Assembly: GCA_963806225.1 (NCBI GenBank)
Contig: CAWDXG010000001.1
Span: 1,344,001-1,408,000, forward strand
Direction: 5' to 3'
Origin: an uncultured delta proteobacterium
Lineage (GTDB): Bacteria; Myxococcota_A; Polyangia; Polyangiales; Polyangiaceae
DNA: 64,000 nt
The notes beneath the pieces are model-generated. The model was not told the DNA's origin and made no database searches. It saw only the letters and a list, made by a program, of their open reading frames with translations. Shown here piece after piece: positions 60,099 through 64,000 of the stretch. The position numbers were made by a program, and so were the translations under genes. Position 1 is the stretch's first letter; each line of letters starts with the position of its first letter.

Positions 60099-61280
60099 TC
60101 AGCGGCGGTGGGCGCGGTAGAGCCGCGTGGTCTTGGCTCCGTTGCGGTCGGAGGCGAAGTACAGCCAGCACATGTCCGGCGACAGGCTCGGCTGCGCGTC
60201 GTTGATGTTCTGCAGATCCACGTCGATCTCGTCGGCCTGTTGGCTCACCTTGCCGCTCTTGTCGGGGCGCGCGACGAACATGTCGAGCCGCGCGTTCGTG
60301 TTGTTGCAGTCGGTGTAGTGCTCGCTCGAGTCGAACAAGAGCAGCTTGCCGTCGGGCGTCGCCCAGGGCGAGGGATCGGCGACATCGAGCGGGCAGTTGG
60401 CCGGTGCGGTCGTCAGGCTCACCTGTGTTGCCGTGGCGCTGCCGGCGCCGAGCACGCTCGCGGTGAACAGCTGGTACTTGAAGATGCCGGTGACGCGGTC
60501 GCTCGACCACCACGCCCGTCCGGCGTCGGCGGCCAGCGCCAGACTGAAGTTGCTGTTTTCGTCGTTGATGGGAGCGGGCAGCGGTGCGATCGCTGTCGTG
60601 ACGCCCTTGTCGTCGATGCTCGAGCCGACGATCTGGCGGTTCAGCGTGTTCGGAATGGCGTGGTCGAAGTAGAAGTTGTAGCTCGAAAGCGCGCCCGACG
60701 CGGGCGTGGCCGCGATCAGCGGCGCACCGTTGCCGTCCGTGTTCGCGCTCGCTTCCATGCCGGCGCTCGTCGCGAAGTCGTCTGTCACCCAGATCGCCCG
60801 GGTCCAGCCGATCGCGCCCTCGACGGTGTAGACGAGGCCCTGGTCGCCGACCGCACGCGGGTAGCGCAGCCAGTCGTCCGGGTGCGCGGCGTTGACGTGG
60901 TCGAGCGGCTCGGGCGTGCCGAAGTGGAAGCGGGCGGTGTCGGCGCAGTCGTGGCACAGGCTGTCGTCGCCGCAGTAGTGACCTGGGCCGCAAAAGCTGT
61001 CGTCGCTGCACGTCGCGCCCGCGTCGGTTCCCGCCGCGCCCGCCGCTCCGCCCGCTGCGGCGGCTCCGCCGCCGTCGACCGCCCCCGTGCCGCCGCTCCC
61101 GCCCGCGGGTGCGCCGCCGTTGCCCGTTCCCGCCGCGCCGCCGCTGCCCGCCGCGCCGCCGCTGCCCGCCGCGCCTCCCTCCGCTGCGGACTGCGACACG
61201 AAGTCGGTGCTGCCGGTGCAGGCCAGGGTCATCAGAGCGATCCCGAGCGAGCCCAGCCAGAGCAAGGAAGAACGGGCCAT
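60099..61280 (-). CDS. Lipoprotein with Gly-rich linker and PD40/TolB-like propeller
   Basis: TLAC lipobox, PWATPDGKLLLFDS, PSLSPDMCWLYFASDR. GGAGG RBS. Confidence 0.8.
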   Translation of the reverse strand: MARSSLLWLGSLGIALMTLACTGSTDFVSQSAAEGGAAGSGGAAGSGGAAGTGNGGAPAGGSGGTGAVDGGGAAAAGGAAGAAGTDAGATCSDDSFCGPGHYCGDDSLCHDCADTARFHFGTPEPLDHVNAAHPDDWLRYPRAVGDQGLVYTVEGAIGWTRAIWVTDDFATSAGMEASANTDGNGAPLIAATPASGALSSYNFYFDHAIPNTLNRQIVGSSIDDKGVTTAIAPLPAPINDENSNFSLALAADAGRAWWSSDRVTGIFKYQLFTASVLGAGSATATQVSLTTAPANCPLDVADPSPWATPDGKLLLFDSSEHYTDCNNTNARLDMFVARPDKSGKVSQQADEIDVDLQNINDAQPSLSPDMCWLYFASDRNGAKTTRLYRAHRR

Positions 61281-61460
61281 GTTTCACCTCCGGAGGCGCG
61301 CCGGCGCGTGCGGCTGCTGCGGAAATGTCCCGTTCTGCTGCAATCCTGATGCCGACGCGTAAATACGGGGTTTCCGGCCCCGCGCCGGCTCGATGAGGCC
61401 ATCGGTTCACGGCGCGTGCCGTGACCCGGATTCACGCCGCGGAGCGGCCCCGGTGCACTC

Positions 61461-63506
61461 TCAGTGCACGCTGCCGACCAGCCAGGCGAAGCCCGGGACG
61501 AGCACCTCTTCCGGCGAGGCGCCACCGTGGCTGGCGGGCGAGGTGCCGGTCGACTGCGGCTCGGTGACGAATCCGTGGTCGCCGAACAGCATGACGAGCG
61601 TCCGCGGCGGCAGCTTCAGGAAGTGGTTGGCCACCGACTCGGCGACCTCGTTGGCCAGAGCGTCGAGGCGGGGCGCCAGTGACTCGCCGGCCACCGCCAT
61701 GTGCGACTCCACCAGATCGAGCTTCAGCACCTCGCGGTGGCCGGTCTTGATCCGGCGCGGTACGCCCGCGCTGCGACCGCGCGCGACGGGCAGCGTCGAT
61801 TCCGCGCCCTCGATCGGCTCGCGCAGCCCGTCCGGGCCGCGTCCGATGAGCTCGAGCTGCACTGCGGTCGTCGTCGGCAGCGCGGACCAGAGCAGCAGCC
61901 GCTCCGTCAGTGCCGCGTTCTGTCCCATCAGCATCTTGAGACGCTCCTGCACGCGCAGGCCCAGGTCGAAGCGCATGCCGTCGACCAGCAAGAGCTGCAC
62001 CGCGCGCGCACCGTGCAGCCGCCCGATGCGGTGGGCCACCTCCGGCACGTCCAGCACCATGGTGGGCCGCTTGCCGCGCAGTCTGAGCGCGTCGAACGCC
62101 TCGGAGTAGCTTTTCTCGAAGCTCGCCGCCCAGGTCTCCAGCACGTGCTCGGCCTCACCGTCGGCGACGCCACGGGCCACCGCGTCGGACAGCGGCACGT
62201 ACGAGGAGACGAACATGCGCTCGATCACGGCCAGTGGCTTCGGGCCGCGCGCGCTGTCGAGCTCGCGCATCCACGTCCGCCACTCGCTGCGCGCCCGCGC
62301 GAGGTTCTCGTCGTCCGGTGCGGGCTCGGCCTCGCTCTCGATCTCGCTCCCGGCGTCGGCCTCGCTCTCCGCCACCGTCGTGCCCGCGACGTCGGTCTCG
62401 AATCCGGCCTCGGCGTCGCTTCCGGTCGCGGGTTCCTCGGCTTCGGTTTCGGTCCCCGTCGTTGCGTTTGCGGTTTCCGACTCGGCTTCGGCTTCGGTTG
62501 TTGCGTTCGCCGTCTCGGCTACGGCCTCGGCTACGGGCTCGGGCTGGGGCTCGGGCTCGGCTACGGCCTCGGGCTCGCCTTCGACGCTCTCCGCGACGCC
62601 CTGCGCCCAGCCCGTGTACGCCTCTTCCACGGCCGGCGGCAACGCGCTCTCCGCTTCGGGCACGTCGGGGGCGTCGTCGAAGATGGCCGCCATCGCGCTC
62701 GCGAGATCGCGTTCCTCGACGTGTCCGGCGGGCTCGTCGATCCGGGGCGGTGCGTCCTCGGCTTCGAGCACGGGCTCCATGTCGGTGGCGGGCGGTGGGG
62801 TGGACAATGCCTCCGCGTCGGGCGGAAGCAGCTCGGCACCAGCCGGCGTCTCCTCGACCATCCAGTCGGGCGCCTCGTCGGCCACCGGTGCAACAGCTGG
62901 GGGCAGGTCGGACAGGTCCATCGCCGCGACGCTGGCCGCGACCTCGGGCGCCGCGTTGGGGGCTTCGCGCGGTCGGCTCGGGGGTGCGGCGTCGTGCTGC
63001 TCGACCAACGCGTGCAGCGCCGTCGGGGCGCCGTACACGCCGAGGAAGCGATCCTGCGCGTCGAGCAGAAGCCGCACCGAGCGCTCGGCCGCCGCGGCCA
63101 TCCACCAGCGGATGACCGCACTGTCCTCGGCGTCGAGCGTGCCGGCGAGATTGGCGATCCCTTCCAGCGTTGCGCAGCATACGAACAAGCCGCCGCGCCC
63201 GATCTGTCGGGCACGGAAGAGTTGATCGCTGAGTGACGCGTCGAGATCGCTCGAGGCGCCGACACCCGGAGGTGCCGCGCCGCGCCGTTCCAGCGCGCCT
63301 TCGACGGCGTTCTCGATCGCGAGCGCGAGCCGCCCGCGCAGGGCGGGACCCGGTGGCTCGACCTCGACGACAAGGAACCCGTCGCGTTCGGCAAGCTCAC
63401 GTTCGTGAGCGCGCTCCGCCGGTGCGACGAGACGCACCTCTCCCTGCTCCACCTGTTCGACGCTGTGTTCGCGCTCCGACGCTGCCCAGTTCATGTGTCG
63501 AGCCAT
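61461..63506 (-). CDS. Protein with long acidic linker and C-terminal PglZ-like (alkaline phosphatase superfamily) domain
   Basis: LLLVDGMRFDL, SALPTTT, FGDHGF, HGGASPEEVLVP. Confidence 0.75.
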   Translation of the reverse strand: MARHMNWAASEREHSVEQVEQGEVRLVAPAERAHERELAERDGFLVVEVEPPGPALRGRLALAIENAVEGALERRGAAPPGVGASSDLDASLSDQLFRARQIGRGGLFVCCATLEGIANLAGTLDAEDSAVIRWWMAAAAERSVRLLLDAQDRFLGVYGAPTALHALVEQHDAAPPSRPREAPNAAPEVAASVAAMDLSDLPPAVAPVADEAPDWMVEETPAGAELLPPDAEALSTPPPATDMEPVLEAEDAPPRIDEPAGHVEERDLASAMAAIFDDAPDVPEAESALPPAVEEAYTGWAQGVAESVEGEPEAVAEPEPQPEPVAEAVAETANATTEAEAESETANATTGTETEAEEPATGSDAEAGFETDVAGTTVAESEADAGSEIESEAEPAPDDENLARARSEWRTWMRELDSARGPKPLAVIERMFVSSYVPLSDAVARGVADGEAEHVLETWAASFEKSYSEAFDALRLRGKRPTMVLDVPEVAHRIGRLHGARAVQLLLVDGMRFDLGLRVQERLKMLMGQNAALTERLLLWSALPTTTAVQLELIGRGPDGLREPIEGAESTLPVARGRSAGVPRRIKTGHREVLKLDLVESHMAVAGESLAPRLDALANEVAESVANHFLKLPPRTLVMLFGDHGFVTEPQSTGTSPASHGGASPEEVLVPGFAWLVGSVH

Positions 63507-63753
63507 GGTCGAAATGGCCCGGACTGGCCCAGTTTTCTGCGACAATGCGCCCCGTTGTGCCCGGAAATCGGGGTTCCAGCGGCTGCCGCGCCCGAGTGGG
63601 GCGGCAAGCCAGGAACGACACCACCGCGGTTTGTCAAGCCATGGTTGGCCCGGAAGCGCGCGCAGACACTCCACGGGCTGCGCGTCGTGGCGTGACAACC
63701 TGACAATCGACATGACGCCTGGCGGATCGCACACGCGAGCACCCGTCACGCCG

Positions 63754-63782
63754 TTGACGAGCGAGATACGCGGAAATACATT
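63754..63782 (+). promoter_or_regulatory. sigma70-type promoter of the ncRNA
   Basis: TTGACG-N17-TACATT, predicted start site about 63789. Confidence 0.7.
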
Positions 63783-63788
63783 TGGGCT

Positions 63789-63982
63789 GTTCCCTCTGCA
63801 GGGTACGCGAGGTGCTAGTAACGAATCCCTTACAAGTCATCTGAACCAGGAAGGCGGATCGCCGACCGAGAGCTGGGCCCGGAGCATGCTCACCGGGAAG
63901 CCGGAAGTCGGGGTGAGTCTCCCACCTAGCGAGGCTAGGGGTTCGGACTACGCACGACCACGCGGCCCAGGCGGTCAGGAAC
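63789..63982 (+). ncRNA. ssrS: Probable 6S RNA
   Basis: About 194-nt rod with GTTCC/GGAAC ends, GAATCCCT/AGGGGTTC closing a central bubble, and motifs GAGCATGCTC...GAAGCC and CCCACCT...GGGTTC recalled from 6S RNAs. G-U pairs favour the plus strand. Confidence 0.72.
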
Positions 63983-64000
63983 CCATGAACGGGCCGGCGC

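Noticed and set aside
58031..60540. Diversity-generating retroelement TR/VR pair
   Set aside because: Mismatches are mostly synonymous third-position changes rather than adenine-specific, and no reverse transcriptase is in the window.
61461..63506. BREX defence system
   Set aside because: Only a PglZ-like domain is present; no other BREX genes are in the window.

Overview
High-GC bacterial DNA, most likely Myxococcota (Polyangiales-like). This taxonomy is inferred from gene content: an AgmX/PglI-type TonB C-domain, an FHA-GAF-sigma54 activator, Gly/Ser-linker Cys-rich lipoproteins and paired pilT genes. The left third is an anaerobic-respiration and NO-stress island. It holds a DMSO-reductase-family Mo enzyme with no Tat signal, a fused ferredoxin-NrfD anchor and a TorD-like chaperone behind a sigma54 promoter, plus a ywiC-like/ric/nnrS-like/DUF2478 run. 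Divergently there is a complete clade I-type nosZRDFYL cluster whose NosZ carries a Tat signal plus lipobox, followed by a lipoprotein cytochrome c and a Crp/Fnr regulator. TGAY-N4-GTCA boxes recur in the relevant intergenic regions. The rest is mixed housekeeping and accessory genes: peptide ABC transporter, two PilT paralogs, kynureninase-like enzyme, hemerythrin, heme A synthase, a frameshifted hybrid kinase, PfkB, KirBac, TetR, purple acid phosphatase, kbl/tdh, lepB, gpsA and an ILVBL-like ThDP enzyme. The most unusual items are a single polypeptide that appears to fuse ExbB-like, ExbD-like and TonB-C modules, an orphan PglZ-domain protein, a 38-bp palindrome supplying both stop codons of two convergent genes, a synonymously diverged gene-fragment duplicate, and a probable 6S RNA at the right edge. 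All calls come from manual motif reading; no searches were run.
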